A DNA stretch of 64,000 nt from an uncultured Bifidobacterium sp. (GTDB taxonomy: Bacteria > Pseudomonadota > Gammaproteobacteria > Burkholderiales > Burkholderiaceae_D): contig CAZCDW010000001.1 of assembly GCA_964497485.1 (NCBI GenBank), positions 14,791-78,790 on the forward strand, read 5' to 3'. Below, one piece after another: positions 25,659 to 35,827 of this stretch. Every line of letters begins with the position of its first letter. The first letter of the stretch is position 1. The notes below the pieces were generated by a model that was not told the origin of the DNA, made no database searches, and saw only the letters and a program-made list of their open reading frames with translations. Made by a program: the position numbers and the translations under genes.

Positions 25659-26448
25659 CTAAAGGCTCCAGAGAATTAATTTTTATCACTCCAGAACCAG
25701 CAGATGCACAGGCAGCCTGAATAGGACATGTCTTGCAAATCTTTGAATTGCTACGATAGTTCTTCTCTGGCAGGGTCTTGTCTTCCCATGCCTTGCGAAC
25801 AGTACGCATCCATTCAAACGTGTTCTCTACCCACTCATACATATACTGATTTAGTTCAACAGGGAAAATCAACAGTTCGTGGTTGTTCTTGTTTTCATAA
25901 ATCAGAATTGCTTTATTCTTGTTAAGAATTTTCATGTAGATAAGCAACTGAACTAGGTGTCCTAGTTTTGGCTTACCTGCAGTTTTACGATACTCAAATC
26001 CCTCATTCGGCATTGTCTTGATTTCACCAAGCAACTCCGAATCTTCCCAGTTGAGCATTACGTCACCATATCCGAAGATAGGTGGGTCCTGGTAGGTCAC
26101 CTTGAACTCTGAATCAGCAAGCAGACCTGGGACATTTCCCATCGCTTCCTGAATACGTTCGTGTGACTTTGTACCAGCAGTCATGTTCGCACCGCCATAG
26201 GCATCTGCGTTGTCTGTAAAGTTTGCACCCTCAAAGGCTAGATACCAATAGCGTGGACATTCTCCATGAGAGAATGCAATTGTGCTAGGGGCAAATGTCT
26301 TCTTGGTTTGAAACTTATCAACACGATTGATTGTATAACCAGAGTTAATCTTTTCAATCAGTGCTTCTTTGTCAATGAATGACGGTTTCGAATTAGGATT
26401 CGAATCAATCTTCTTGAGCATTACTTGTTGCAATAGGTTCTTAGCCAT
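25639..26448 (-). CDS. Cas4-like PD-(D/E)XK exonuclease
   Basis: CPRYWY, GTKSH, GD...EIKT, QLLIY, CxxCP...C. Confidence 0.85.
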   Translation of the reverse strand: MAKNLLQQVMLKKIDSNPNSKPSFIDKEALIEKINSGYTINRVDKFQTKKTFAPSTIAFSHGECPRYWYLAFEGANFTDNADAYGGANMTAGTKSHERIQEAMGNVPGLLADSEFKVTYQDPPIFGYGDVMLNWEDSELLGEIKTMPNEGFEYRKTAGKPKLGHLVQLLIYMKILNKNKAILIYENKNNHELLIFPVELNQYMYEWVENTFEWMRTVRKAWEDKTLPEKNYRSNSKICKTCPIQAACASAGSGVIKINSLEPLDEKQTL

Positions 26449-26455
26449 AATGATA

Positions 26456-26761
26456 CTAGCGAGTGATGTATTTAAGAGCCGATACGAGGTTGTTAATTGC
26501 CTCGGCTGCGGTGTAATAAATATTCTTCTTCGCTCTATCTCCTTTATCTACATTGGTTAGCCATGTGGCTTTGAAGGACATTTTCGCTGCAATTGCTTGC
26601 AGACGAACAATCTCCACTTGAGCAACATTTAGTGGAATGTCTGGCTTCAGAATAACCTTAGCAATAAAGGTCAGGGCAGTAGTCAGTTCCTCGTCATTCA
26701 TGTAGTCAGCAATCTCTGTGAGACCATTAACCATATCAATTGTCGTTTGTGTTTGTTCCAT
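26456..26761 (-). CDS. hypothetical helical protein
   Basis: 101 aa, AAGGA SD. Confidence 0.7.
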   Translation of the reverse strand: MEQTQTTIDMVNGLTEIADYMNDEELTTALTFIAKVILKPDIPLNVAQVEIVRLQAIAAKMSFKATWLTNVDKGDRAKKNIYYTAAEAINNLVSALKYITR

Positions 26762-26787
26762 TTTGTTTCCTTAATGTTGTACTTCTA

Positions 26788-27087
26788 TTATACACTATCA
26801 GGTGGCAGTTGGTCAAGTATCATTTCTAACAGGCTGAACTCAACAACAGCGAGGCGAGTCTTAATCCCTGAATCCCCGATAACCACAATGATGATAGGGT
26901 CATTGCCATTACGGAGAGCGTCAGTGCTTGCTTTAGCCCAAACCTCTTTGTTAATTGTAAAAGACTTGCCAACCTCTTTGAAATCGGCTGTAAAGTTTCT
27001 CCAAGTGGCATCACCCTTGTGGGTGTTCCTACCAGAGTTCTTGTGTTGTTTAGCATTGATGCGTTTTGACTCATTACGTTCACTCAT
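26788..27087 (-). CDS. small PD-(D/E)XK nuclease / Hjc-like resolvase
   Basis: NSGR, KGD, DFK. Confidence 0.7.
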   Translation of the reverse strand: MSERNESKRINAKQHKNSGRNTHKGDATWRNFTADFKEVGKSFTINKEVWAKASTDALRNGNDPIIIVVIGDSGIKTRLAVVEFSLLEMILDQLPPDSV

Positions 27088-27250
27088 AATCCTTCCTAGA
27101 TTTCTTTGTATTCAAGTCTACCACACTAACGTGTTTTTCGGGACACATCCATGTAAGTTGCTTTTCTTCCGCATACGAGCGGAGGGTTTTGACCTCCACC
27201 TTGCATGTGTGACAAGGAAATTTACCAGGATAGATAGTGTACTTACCCAT
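27080..27250 (-). CDS. small zinc-ribbon protein
   Basis: hand-translated CHTC...WMCPEKH. Confidence 0.6.
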   Translation of the reverse strand: MGKYTIYPGKFPCHTCKVEVKTLRSYAEEKQLTWMCPEKHVSVVDLNTKKSRKDYE

Positions 27251-28250
27251 TAGTAACCTTAGCCTTAATGTCGTCCTGTAGGTCTAGGTCTTCTCGTACT
27301 CTTGCCACGAACTTATCTCTACCCTGGATTTTAGAACCGTCAGGAAGGATGTACCAGGCTCCTGTACGCTCTACGATACCCATCATCTCAGCAGTATCAA
27401 CTAGGTCTCCAATGCTGTCTACGCCTACGTCACCACGGAAATAGAAGTCGTATTCACCAGACTGGAACGCAGGAGAGGTCTTTGAGAACTGAACTTCCCA
27501 ACGAACTTTGCGACCAATCTTTTCCTCAATGAGTTTATCCCCTACTGGAATCTTACCCTTGATGGCTTGGTTGTCTGACTCAGAACTAAATAGTTTAATT
27601 ACTGTTGATGAGTAGAACTTGGTAGCCTGACCTCCAGTTGGCTGTTGGCTAGTGTACATAGCAGAGATGTTGTTGCGACTCTGGCTAATAAGAACGAACA
27701 GCGTTGGCTTTACTTTATTATTAGCGTAGTTAAGCATCTTCCATGCGTTACTGAAGTCACGAGACTCTGCACCAATCTGTTTAGTGTTTTCAAGTTGCTT
27801 CAGTTCATCTGAATCCTTCTCAAAATAGATAGCAGGTAGCAGAGATGTAATTGAGTCAACCACAATCAGGTCTACTCCAGCGTTCATTAGGTTAGTGCCT
27901 ACATCCACCATCTCGTTGATTGTACGAGCCTGTGATACGATTAGGTTGTCTGTATCTACCCCCAGAGCCTTAGCCCAGTCTTCAGAGTAGGACATTTCGG
28001 CATCAATCCAAGCACATAGTTTTCCCTGTTCCTGTGCTAGTGCAATCATCTGCAGACAAAGTGAAGACTTTGCAGACGACTTGCTTCCCCAGATTAATAC
28101 CTGACGACCGTATGGTAGTCCACCATTCAACGCACGATTGAGACCAAAACTAGGTGTGGGCTGATATGTTGTCTCAAACCCTGCACCGTTAGATAGACGC
28201 TTGCGAATGCGTGGGTCTAGTTGTGCCATTGCTTCTTCGAATGTGGTCAT
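27243..28250 (-). CDS. recA: RecA-like recombinase
   Basis: GGLPYGR, GSKSSAKS, IDAE, IVVDS, TGGQATKFYSS. Confidence 0.9.
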   Translation of the reverse strand: MTTFEEAMAQLDPRIRKRLSNGAGFETTYQPTPSFGLNRALNGGLPYGRQVLIWGSKSSAKSSLCLQMIALAQEQGKLCAWIDAEMSYSEDWAKALGVDTDNLIVSQARTINEMVDVGTNLMNAGVDLIVVDSITSLLPAIYFEKDSDELKQLENTKQIGAESRDFSNAWKMLNYANNKVKPTLFVLISQSRNNISAMYTSQQPTGGQATKFYSSTVIKLFSSESDNQAIKGKIPVGDKLIEEKIGRKVRWEVQFSKTSPAFQSGEYDFYFRGDVGVDSIGDLVDTAEMMGIVERTGAWYILPDGSKIQGRDKFVARVREDLDLQDDIKAKVTNG

Positions 28251-28477
28251 TACTTAATTGCTCCTAACTTATCTGGCTTGAAACCAGACCAAGTTTCTGT
28301 ATCGGTTACTACGATTGGTGCTGACTTGAATCCCTGATTAACAAACTCAACCAACTTCTCGTAGTTCTCGTCGGACTGTAGGTTTTCGACTGTGTACTCA
28401 ATGCCCTCTTTATCCAAGAACTTCTTGGTCTGTTCGCATTGAACACAGTTTGGATTTGTGTATACTGTTACTGCCAT
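28250..28477 (-). CDS. nrdH: NrdH-like glutaredoxin
   Basis: CVQC, APIV, WSGFKPD. Confidence 0.92.
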   Translation of the reverse strand: MAVTVYTNPNCVQCEQTKKFLDKEGIEYTVENLQSDENYEKLVEFVNQGFKSAPIVVTDTETWSGFKPDKLGAIK

Positions 28478-28812
28478 TAGAATCTTACTCCATGCTTCTC
28501 TGGGCGTGTCTTGTTGAACCCAGTCTTGTTTTCTAGTGCGTAGTCTAGTGAAACAGTTGTGTAACCCTGCTCTACCAAACCAGCGTATAGGTCAAGTGTG
28601 CGGATAAGAATGTCTGCAAACTCTGCAGCAATTTCGTCTTCACCCTTGTCCTTGCGGATTGCTTCCATAACCTCGGTTACTTCTGAAACAATCATCATTA
28701 GTTGTTTAGTTACGAAGATATCTACCTGCTCTGCAGAAGCATCATCAATAACTTTCCAGAAACCTTTTTTAACTGCGGTCTCATGCAGTTCCATTGCTAG
28801 TTCATCAAACAT
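28477..28812 (-). CDS. MazG-like NTP pyrophosphohydrolase
   Basis: SEVTEVMEAIRK, EFADILIR. Confidence 0.85.
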   Translation of the reverse strand: MFDELAMELHETAVKKGFWKVIDDASAEQVDIFVTKQLMMIVSEVTEVMEAIRKDKGEDEIAAEFADILIRTLDLYAGLVEQGYTTVSLDYALENKTGFNKTRPEKHGVRF

Positions 28813-31800
28813 TGAACACGTCCTCCATAATTGTTGTTCCGTCTTTAGTTTTACCCAAAGAGAATTTGTATACGCTACCCTCGTCAATCTTCATGTACGC
28901 CTTTGAGAAGGCTGTAGGGAAGACTGTCACGCTGTGTAGGTCACGGCTGGCATCAGCCAGCACTAGTGAAGCCATCTTCTTACCTGCTTTGGTAACTCGT
29001 GGCTTGAATGATACTACATATAGTTCATCATCCTTATATGGCAACTGGCGGAAATTAAGAATCTTAATTAGTGCCGAAGTGTTACCCTTAATCTCGTCTG
29101 CTGGAATGGCAGTAACAATTCTGTTGTCGCTGGCAAGAATGATGTATGTACGTCCTGCTTCGACAGTTGATTGCTCTTCATCGAAGACACCAACACTACC
29201 AGTCTTGTCTAGAATCTCTACACGACTCCAGCCCTTGCCTCGCTTGATACCCTTGACCATACCCATAAGGATGTAAGCACCCTTTTCTTCATACTCTTCT
29301 ACATCATTGATGAATGCGTGGTAGTGTGAAGGTACAGACATATTGAACTCTGGCAAGTTTAGGTACTCGTACAGGTTCTCCTTGACCTCTTCATCATTGC
29401 GAGGATTGTCAGGGAATGTTGCTGCTCCGATTACCTTGAGTGCTTGCAGAGCACGAGAGTTTACTCCGTTACCCTTGCCAAAGGTGAACTCTTCCAGTTC
29501 TTTGTATGAGTTGAACGGACGAGCAGCCATGTACTTGCTGGCAATGTTATCACTAATAAACTTAATAGATGATAAACCAAAGCGAATACCCTTGCCCTCA
29601 ATCTTGAAGTCAATATCAGAGTCGTTGATGTGTGGCAACTTGATGGAGATACCCATACGCTTTGCTTCAATCAGATACTCTGTACGAGCATCCTTGTCAC
29701 TCTCGTTTTTGAGCAATGCGAACATGAACTCAATTGGGTAGTAGTACTTTAGCCATGCTGTCCAGTATGAAACTGTGGAGTAGGCTACAGCGTGAGACTT
29801 GTTGAAAGAGTAGCCAGCGTGAGCCTCAAAGTCTGTCCACAGTTCTTCTGCGACTTCGGGGCGTAGGTGTTGTGAAGCACCCTTTACGAAGCGGTCTTTG
29901 AATACGTCAAACTCACGAGCATCTTTCTTCTTACCGATAATCTTACGAACCTTATCAGCCTCAGCCATAGTCATGCCACCGAGTTCAGTACAGGCTTGCA
30001 TAACCTGTTCCTGATACAGAATACATCCGTAGGTGTCCTGTGTAAATGGCTTCATCAACTGGTGGTGGTAGGAGATGTTCTGCTTGCCGTGCTTACGAGC
30101 AATGTAGTCCTTACCAATGGTATTCATAGCACCTGGACGAACCAGAGCGTTAGAAGCAGCCAACTCGTTAAAGTTCTTGACACCCATCTTGACTAGCAGG
30201 TTGGTGTATGGCGTGGCTTCACACTGGAACACACCCTTTGTAAATCCGTCAGACAGCATACGATAGACGTTTGCATCTTCCATGTTTAGAGAGTGTAGGT
30301 CAATGTCTGTTCCAGAACGCTCCTTAATAATCTTAATAGTATCCTGAATAACAGATAGGGTCTTTAGACCCAGAGCATCAATCTTGATTAGACCGATACG
30401 CTCTGCTTCTTCCATGTCTACTGCTACTACTGGGATACGCTCTTTGCTACCTGGAGCAGTACGAGTCTCTAGCGGAGCAAACTTGAAGATAGGCTCCTTA
30501 GACGTTACAACACCTGCAGCGTGAATACCAGTACCACGAATACGTCCACGAAGTTGTTCACCGTACTGCTCAATCTCTGGATACTTCTCACGGAACTCTG
30601 CAGTTGACTTTGATGTTAAGTAGTCATCCCAGTCATCAACAAGTTTAAGAACCTTGTTCACGTCTGCTAGTGGAATGTTTAGCACACGAGCAATGTCACG
30701 AACCATACCCTTCCCCTTGAACTCAAGGAATGTAGCAATCGAAGCAACGTGGCGATACTGGCGAACCAAGTAATCCTTTACGTCTTCTCGGCGTGAGTCT
30801 TGGATATCTGTATCGATATCTGGGAAGTCGTTACGCTCTGGATTGATAAAGCGGAAGAACAACAAGCCGTGTTCGATTGGGTCAATATCTGTAATGCCTA
30901 GCGTGTAGCAGAGCAGGGAGCCAGCAGAAGAACCACGACCTGGACCAACCATGATATCTTCTTTCTTAGCCCAGTTAATCATGTTGCGAACAACTAGGAA
31001 GTAAGGACCAAAGTTCTTGTCCTTGATAATCTGTAGTTCTTCATCAAGACGGTCTAGGTATTCCTGCTTGTCTGCTAGGTTACGCTCTGCAAGACCAGCC
31101 AGAGCAAGTTCACGAAGTTCCTGGTCTGGGTTCTGATACTGAACAGGCAGTAGGTCTAGGTGGTCTGGAAGATTGTAGTCTTCAATCTGGTCTGCGATAT
31201 CCTTGCTGTTCTGATACATGTCCTCACGGTCAATACCCTGCTTGAGCATGGCGTTTCGCATCTCTTCGTCAGAGAGTAGGTGAATCTCAAAGTCCTTGAA
31301 TGACATTTGACGGTCTGCACCGTATAGGTAGTCCAACTTATCCATAAGGTTGTCGTAGTCCTGCGTACCAGCAAAGTTAGCATCGCCCTGAACCTTGTTA
31401 GAATATGTGTTTAGGATTAGTTTAAGTTCCTGAATGTCACGCTGTGATGTATCTGCGTGGTGGCAGTCTGGAGTAATTACAGGCTTGATGCCAAACTCGT
31501 CTGCAAGGTCAAGTAACATCTTGTTTACTTCTGCAGGGTTGTGTGGCATAACCTCAATGTAGTAGTCGTCACCAAAGGTGTCCTTAGCCCACTTGATGTG
31601 CTCCTTGGCTACAGCAAGATTGTCTGCCTCAATAGCCTTGCAGAGAAAGCCTGATAGACAGCCTGAAGTAATTACTAGCCCCTCTTTGTACTTGGCTAGA
31701 ATCTCCCAGTCCATGCGTGGCTTCTTGAAGAAGCCCTCAGTCCAGGCAAGTTCATTCAACTTGTTAAGGTTCTCTAGACCCTTTGCGTTCTTAGCAAGAA

Positions 31801-32083
31801 TGATAAGGTGATTGTAGTTTAGGTTGAGTAGGTCAGTCTTGTCTTTCTCTTCGTGGTCAAAGCGGTCTTTGCAAATGTACCCTTCGATTCCAAGAATTGG
31901 CTTGATGCCAGCAGACTTTGCGGCACGATACATCTCTCTGTGTCCTGACAAAGAACCGTGGTCTGTGATTGCAATAGAAGTCATACCTACTGAAACTGCT
32001 CGGTCTACATACTCCTGTGGAGTTGCAATGCCATCGAACAGGCTGAAGTGTGTGTGAACGTGAAGTGGAGCGTAACTGCTCAT
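28805..32083 (-). CDS. dnaE: DNA polymerase III alpha subunit
   Basis: PHP domain HVHTHFS/TDHG, GRGSSAGS, PDIDTD, YSFNKSHAVAY. Confidence 0.97.
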   Translation of the reverse strand: MSSYAPLHVHTHFSLFDGIATPQEYVDRAVSVGMTSIAITDHGSLSGHREMYRAAKSAGIKPILGIEGYICKDRFDHEEKDKTDLLNLNYNHLIILAKNAKGLENLNKLNELAWTEGFFKKPRMDWEILAKYKEGLVITSGCLSGFLCKAIEADNLAVAKEHIKWAKDTFGDDYYIEVMPHNPAEVNKMLLDLADEFGIKPVITPDCHHADTSQRDIQELKLILNTYSNKVQGDANFAGTQDYDNLMDKLDYLYGADRQMSFKDFEIHLLSDEEMRNAMLKQGIDREDMYQNSKDIADQIEDYNLPDHLDLLPVQYQNPDQELRELALAGLAERNLADKQEYLDRLDEELQIIKDKNFGPYFLVVRNMINWAKKEDIMVGPGRGSSAGSLLCYTLGITDIDPIEHGLLFFRFINPERNDFPDIDTDIQDSRREDVKDYLVRQYRHVASIATFLEFKGKGMVRDIARVLNIPLADVNKVLKLVDDWDDYLTSKSTAEFREKYPEIEQYGEQLRGRIRGTGIHAAGVVTSKEPIFKFAPLETRTAPGSKERIPVVAVDMEEAERIGLIKIDALGLKTLSVIQDTIKIIKERSGTDIDLHSLNMEDANVYRMLSDGFTKGVFQCEATPYTNLLVKMGVKNFNELAASNALVRPGAMNTIGKDYIARKHGKQNISYHHQLMKPFTQDTYGCILYQEQVMQACTELGGMTMAEADKVRKIIGKKKDAREFDVFKDRFVKGASQHLRPEVAEELWTDFEAHAGYSFNKSHAVAYSTVSYWTAWLKYYYPIEFMFALLKNESDKDARTEYLIEAKRMGISIKLPHINDSDIDFKIEGKGIRFGLSSIKFISDNIASKYMAARPFNSYKELEEFTFGKGNGVNSRALQALKVIGAATFPDNPRNDEEVKENLYEYLNLPEFNMSVPSHYHAFINDVEEYEEKGAYILMGMVKGIKRGKGWSRVEILDKTGSVGVFDEEQSTVEAGRTYIILASDNRIVTAIPADEIKGNTSALIKILNFRQLPYKDDELYVVSFKPRVTKAGKKMASLVLADASRDLHSVTVFPTAFSKAYMKIDEGSVYKFSLGKTKDGTTIMEDVFNV

Positions 32084-32115
32084 GTTTTCCTTAATGTAGT
32101 AGTTATTAGGTTATA

Positions 32116-32144
32116 AGTATAATGCATCGGAGGGTTCTTGTCAA
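32116..32144 (-). promoter_or_regulatory. dnaE operon promoter
   Basis: TTGACA-17-TATACT. Confidence 0.8.
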
Positions 32145-32150
32145 GTATGG

Positions 32151-32186
32151 AAAGTGGGGGCAGGGATGCCGTTCACCTACCCCCAC
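32151..32186 (-). terminator. intrinsic terminator after SSB
   Basis: GTGGGGGTAGG/CCTGCCCCCAC stem followed by TTT. Confidence 0.6.
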
Positions 32187-32196
32187 AGTCACTAAT

Positions 32197-32850
32197 TTAC
32201 CAGTCTGTGTTGCTGGAAGTTACCGAACTGGTTTCGAAACCGAAGTAGAAGTTTTCTTGGTCTTCGTACTTGACTTCACGAACTACCTTCTCAAGGTCGA
32301 AGGTTTCTAGTTCTCCCCACTTGTATGGTTCGGTGTCTGGCTTGGTTGGAAGCAAGGTGTAGTTGGTTTCAGTTCCCTGACCATTACGCTTAATCTTCCA
32401 CTCAAGGTTTGAGATTGAGCCAGTTTCGATTGCGTACTCACGCAAGTTACCGAATGCTGACTGCTTTGAGATACCCTGTGACCAAACAGCCACATAAGGT
32501 GCTTCAGTTCCGTCGTCGATGATTACGTTACCGTACCAACGTAGACGTGAACGCCATCCACCCTTTGGCTCTTTGCGAGCCATCTCACAACCGTAGCAAC
32601 GACCCTCTGAATCGATGGTACATGCTGCCTTACGCTTGTAGTCCTTTGGATTGGTGTGTTCTGCGATTACCACGGATAGTCCACGGTCTTCGCTGAAGTT
32701 TGCTGATTCGCTGTCAAGTTCCTCAACGAAACGAATCTTTGCAGACTGTCCGTCAGCCAACTTGACCCAACGAACCTTCTGTCCTGTGTTTTCGAATTTT
32801 GGCTTATCCATTAGTGCACTGATATCTTTTAGCCCTTTAATTACGCTCAT
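32197..32850 (-). CDS. single-stranded DNA-binding protein (gp32-like)
   Basis: KLADGQSAKIRF, Cys cluster, IKRNGQGTETNY, acidic tail ending in W. Confidence 0.75.
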   Translation of the reverse strand: MSVIKGLKDISALMDKPKFENTGQKVRWVKLADGQSAKIRFVEELDSESANFSEDRGLSVVIAEHTNPKDYKRKAACTIDSEGRCYGCEMARKEPKGGWRSRLRWYGNVIIDDGTEAPYVAVWSQGISKQSAFGNLREYAIETGSISNLEWKIKRNGQGTETNYTLLPTKPDTEPYKWGELETFDLEKVVREVKYEDQENFYFGFETSSVTSSNTDW

Positions 32851-32879
32851 ATATTTCTCCTATGTTTTCTAGCGGATAT

Positions 32880-33824
32880 CTAGTTTAGCATACTAGCGAT
32901 GGTCTTGTCAAATGATTCGTCAAGATTTTTTATCGCATCGTCTGACATGTCACCGATATCCTTGTATTGTTTATCTATTTTGATAACGGTAACACGAGAA
33001 CCTAGTCGTTCCACAATCTTGTCTTTCATGTTACCGCCAGCCTCATCGTTATCTGCAATTACAATAATGTTATTGAAATACTTTTGAAGTAGGTCTGTTT
33101 GGAAACTGGATACGTTTGCACCCAGAGTTGCTACCGCTGGAAAACCACACTGGTCTAGACGGATAGCATCGAATGATGACTCAACTACATAGACTTTGCT
33201 AGAAGTCTTAACTCTGTGTAGGTTGAATAGGACTTTGCTCTTTGGCAGTCCTGGAGTATTCTTAAAGTCTTTGCCCTCTACGGAGCGTCCCACAAACCCC
33301 ACAGAAACGCCGTCAGGCGAGTGTACAGGGATTGTAACCATATCTTGCTTCTCAGAGTACCCTAAATCAAACTTTCGGATTGACGAGTCGTTTATAAGCC
33401 TTCCTGAGTAGTATCTCATGGCTCTAGGTGATTCTAGTGCCTGAGCATTTAGTCGTTTGATTAGCAGTTCATCATATGGTGTGTACAGTGGCTTAGTTAC
33501 CAATGACTGATTAATCTGATACTCTAGGTCAGTTGCTGTCTCTTTGGACTTGATGTATCGTACCGCTTCAAAATATGTGCGACCAGAAGTATGCATAATT
33601 AAACTGGTAAGGTCGCAAACGTGCTGGCAGGAAAAGCAGAAGAAGAATCCAGAAACTTTGTCCACCTCACCAGCAGGTGAGCGATAGTTATTGTGAAATG
33701 GACAGAAGATGATGTAGTCAGAGTCTACTTCTGATTCGATGTTGATTCCAGACCCATTGATAACTCTTTTAATTTGCTCTTGTGAGTAGGAACTAGTAGT
33801 GTTCCGTCTATTCCCATTATGCAT
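32880..33824 (-). CDS. DNA primase
   Basis: CPFH...CFSC zinc finger, TOPRIM VVESSFD, DNDEAG, KDIGD. Confidence 0.92.
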   Translation of the reverse strand: MHNGNRRNTTSSYSQEQIKRVINGSGINIESEVDSDYIIFCPFHNNYRSPAGEVDKVSGFFFCFSCQHVCDLTSLIMHTSGRTYFEAVRYIKSKETATDLEYQINQSLVTKPLYTPYDELLIKRLNAQALESPRAMRYYSGRLINDSSIRKFDLGYSEKQDMVTIPVHSPDGVSVGFVGRSVEGKDFKNTPGLPKSKVLFNLHRVKTSSKVYVVESSFDAIRLDQCGFPAVATLGANVSSFQTDLLQKYFNNIIVIADNDEAGGNMKDKIVERLGSRVTVIKIDKQYKDIGDMSDDAIKNLDESFDKTIASMLN

Positions 33825-34069
33825 TCTGATTTCTTCTTTCCTAAATATGTTCCGTATAGCGTTAGTGTAAATTCAAAGTATTCTTTTGTACTGTTATATT
33901 GTATCGTGAATTGTGGGTCTATGTCAAGTCTTGGCACATACCCCAACTCACGCATCTGTAGTGTTTTTAGTCTCTCTACCTCAAGCCGAATTCTACTGAT
34001 GGCAGCATCATCTTTAATGATGCCCTCAACAGTAAAAGTTTTAATAGACTTGTGATGTAAATGTTCCAC
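33725..34069 (-). CDS. hypothetical protein
   Basis: GTG 7 nt after TATAAT; GYVPRLDID. Confidence 0.65.
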   Translation of the reverse strand: MEHLHHKSIKTFTVEGIIKDDAAISRIRLEVERLKTLQMRELGYVPRLDIDPQFTIQYNSTKEYFEFTLTLYGTYLGKKKSECIMGIDGTLLVPTHKSKLKELSMGLESTSNQK

Positions 34070-34081
34070 ACTCCATTATAA

Positions 34082-35302
34082 CTAGTTTTCTTCATAATCT
34101 TTGTATTTGTACCAGCCCTTGTCGAAGTCTACCTGGACCAGGAACTCACCCATAAATCCGTTACGGTTCTTACGGAACACGCACTCAAGAATGTCGGAGT
34201 TGGTTGCACGACCAAGTGCTAGAACCCAGTCAGCATCGTATGCAATCTGGCGTGACCAAGCGGTTTGACCCAGAGTAGGCACGGTGTCTAGTTTGTTTAC
34301 ATCGTCTGGCGTTGCTGACGAAATGGCAATGATTGGCATCTCTTCACTAATAGCCATCAACTTTAGTTCACGAGAAAGGTTCTTCATGCGAACGGTTTCG
34401 TTGTCAGACTTCTGGTTAGGCGACATAAGTTGTAGATAGTCAACAATAACTAGGTCTGGCTTATACTGGTCAATCTTACCACGAATAACTGATGGTGTAA
34501 CTTCACCACCAGAATCGTTAGAGATGATGTGGAACTCTGGCTTGCCAGCAAGTTCCTTTTTGTGCCAACGCTTTAGGTCTTCAATCTCTACCTGACCGTT
34601 GCTCAACTTGCGGTGAGACCATAGACCCTCGCCCATGATTGCGAATACACGGTTACGAACTTCTGTCTCGGACATTTCTAGAGAGATGATTAGCGGAGAC
34701 TTGCCCTGCTTCCATGCTTGTACCGCCATGTAAAGGGCAAACCAGGACTTACCGATACCTGGGTAGGCTAGGAAGACCCCCAACTGACCTGGAGTAATAC
34801 CAGCAGGTAGGTAGTTGTCAAAGCCTGGCAGACCAACCTTGATACCAATAGAGCCTAGTTCATTCTGGCGAGCAAGGTTCTCAAAGTAGGCAACAGCAGA
34901 ATCAATGTCAGTAGCATCAATGTCACGAATAACAGCGGTGTTCTTCTTCAGTTCTGATGTTTTCTGGATTAGGTCTTCTAGTGCTTTTGTTCCTTGACCA
35001 GCCTGTACTTCTGCAGCAGTAGAGCGAAGAACATCTTTAAGGCTATCATTTAGAAACTCTGCTTGTAGTTCTTCTAGGTGATACTTGGTAGCACCAACGC
35101 CATCTACAGGAGTAAAGTCACGGAACTTATCCACCACAAGAGAGACTGGTGGAACTGTCCCATTGGCTTCAGAGTAGTTGCGAATGAACGTCCAGATATC
35201 ATTATGAGTACGAAGAATGTTCTCCACGTTTGCTTGTAGCAGGACGTGAACCTGCTTGTCTGCTAGAACAGCAGATATTAGTTTAGATTCTGAATTATTC
35301 AT
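34082..35302 (-). CDS. dnaB: DnaB-like replicative helicase
   Basis: PGIGKS, SLEMS, IVDYLQLM, KNRNG. Confidence 0.95.
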   Translation of the reverse strand: MNNSESKLISAVLADKQVHVLLQANVENILRTHNDIWTFIRNYSEANGTVPPVSLVVDKFRDFTPVDGVGATKYHLEELQAEFLNDSLKDVLRSTAAEVQAGQGTKALEDLIQKTSELKKNTAVIRDIDATDIDSAVAYFENLARQNELGSIGIKVGLPGFDNYLPAGITPGQLGVFLAYPGIGKSWFALYMAVQAWKQGKSPLIISLEMSETEVRNRVFAIMGEGLWSHRKLSNGQVEIEDLKRWHKKELAGKPEFHIISNDSGGEVTPSVIRGKIDQYKPDLVIVDYLQLMSPNQKSDNETVRMKNLSRELKLMAISEEMPIIAISSATPDDVNKLDTVPTLGQTAWSRQIAYDADWVLALGRATNSDILECVFRKNRNGFMGEFLVQVDFDKGWYKYKDYEEN

Positions 35303-35603
35303 TTAGCCACTCCTTAGCCAGTCTACGGCGTTCGGCTCTCTCCTTAAGGTCTTGTTGTAACTGATTTCTACCATCGATAATTTTATCGGCGTAGTTTGCA
35401 AAGTATTTCCATGTTGGTGATTGTGCTGCTTCAAAATAGTATTCCAGTAGGTCGTAGCACTCTGGCATACCATAGGATTCAATGAGTGCATCGGCAGCCC
35501 ATTGCTCTACATTTAGATTTAGTGAAGGCTTTTCTTCATACCTTACAGTGTGTAACTTACTGTAGCGACTGAGCAAAGCCATGCGGTCTTTGCGTTCAGC
35601 CAT
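35295..35603 (-). CDS. hypothetical protein (possible helicase partner)
   Basis: coupled to dnaB. Confidence 0.65.
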   Translation of the reverse strand: MAERKDRMALLSRYSKLHTVRYEEKPSLNLNVEQWAADALIESYGMPECYDLLEYYFEAAQSPTWKYFANYADKIIDGRNQLQQDLKERAERRRLAKEWLNE

Positions 35604-35812
35604 TACTTGTTGTCTGCCTCGTCTACTGACTCACGGACTTTCTCTGCAAGTTTCTCTTCTACGAACTTGTAAACTCGCTCAAACGCTTCGTTGGCTGTTT
35701 CTCCCTCACGCTTGTTATCTGCAATAGAGATATCAATGCGTAGTGATTGGAAGTTGCCAAGATTAAGGGTATATCCTAGACCCACTGTTACTTTGGTGCT
35801 GTCGTTTTCCAT
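35603..35812 (-). CDS. conserved phage hypothetical protein
   Basis: TLNLGNFQSLRID. Confidence 0.75.
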   Translation of the reverse strand: MENDSTKVTVGLGYTLNLGNFQSLRIDISIADNKREGETANEAFERVYKFVEEKLAEKVRESVDEADNK

Positions 35813-35827
35813 ATCTCTCCTAATGGA

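Noticed and set aside
25639-26448. Cas4-like gene as part of a CRISPR system
   Set aside because: Stand-alone Cas4-like exonucleases are common in phage recombination modules; it sits between RuvC and RecA
21583-35302. Inteins, introns or homing endonucleases in terL, recA, dnaE or dnaB
   Set aside because: Lengths are ordinary and no splice-junction, LAGLIDADG or HNH motifs were seen
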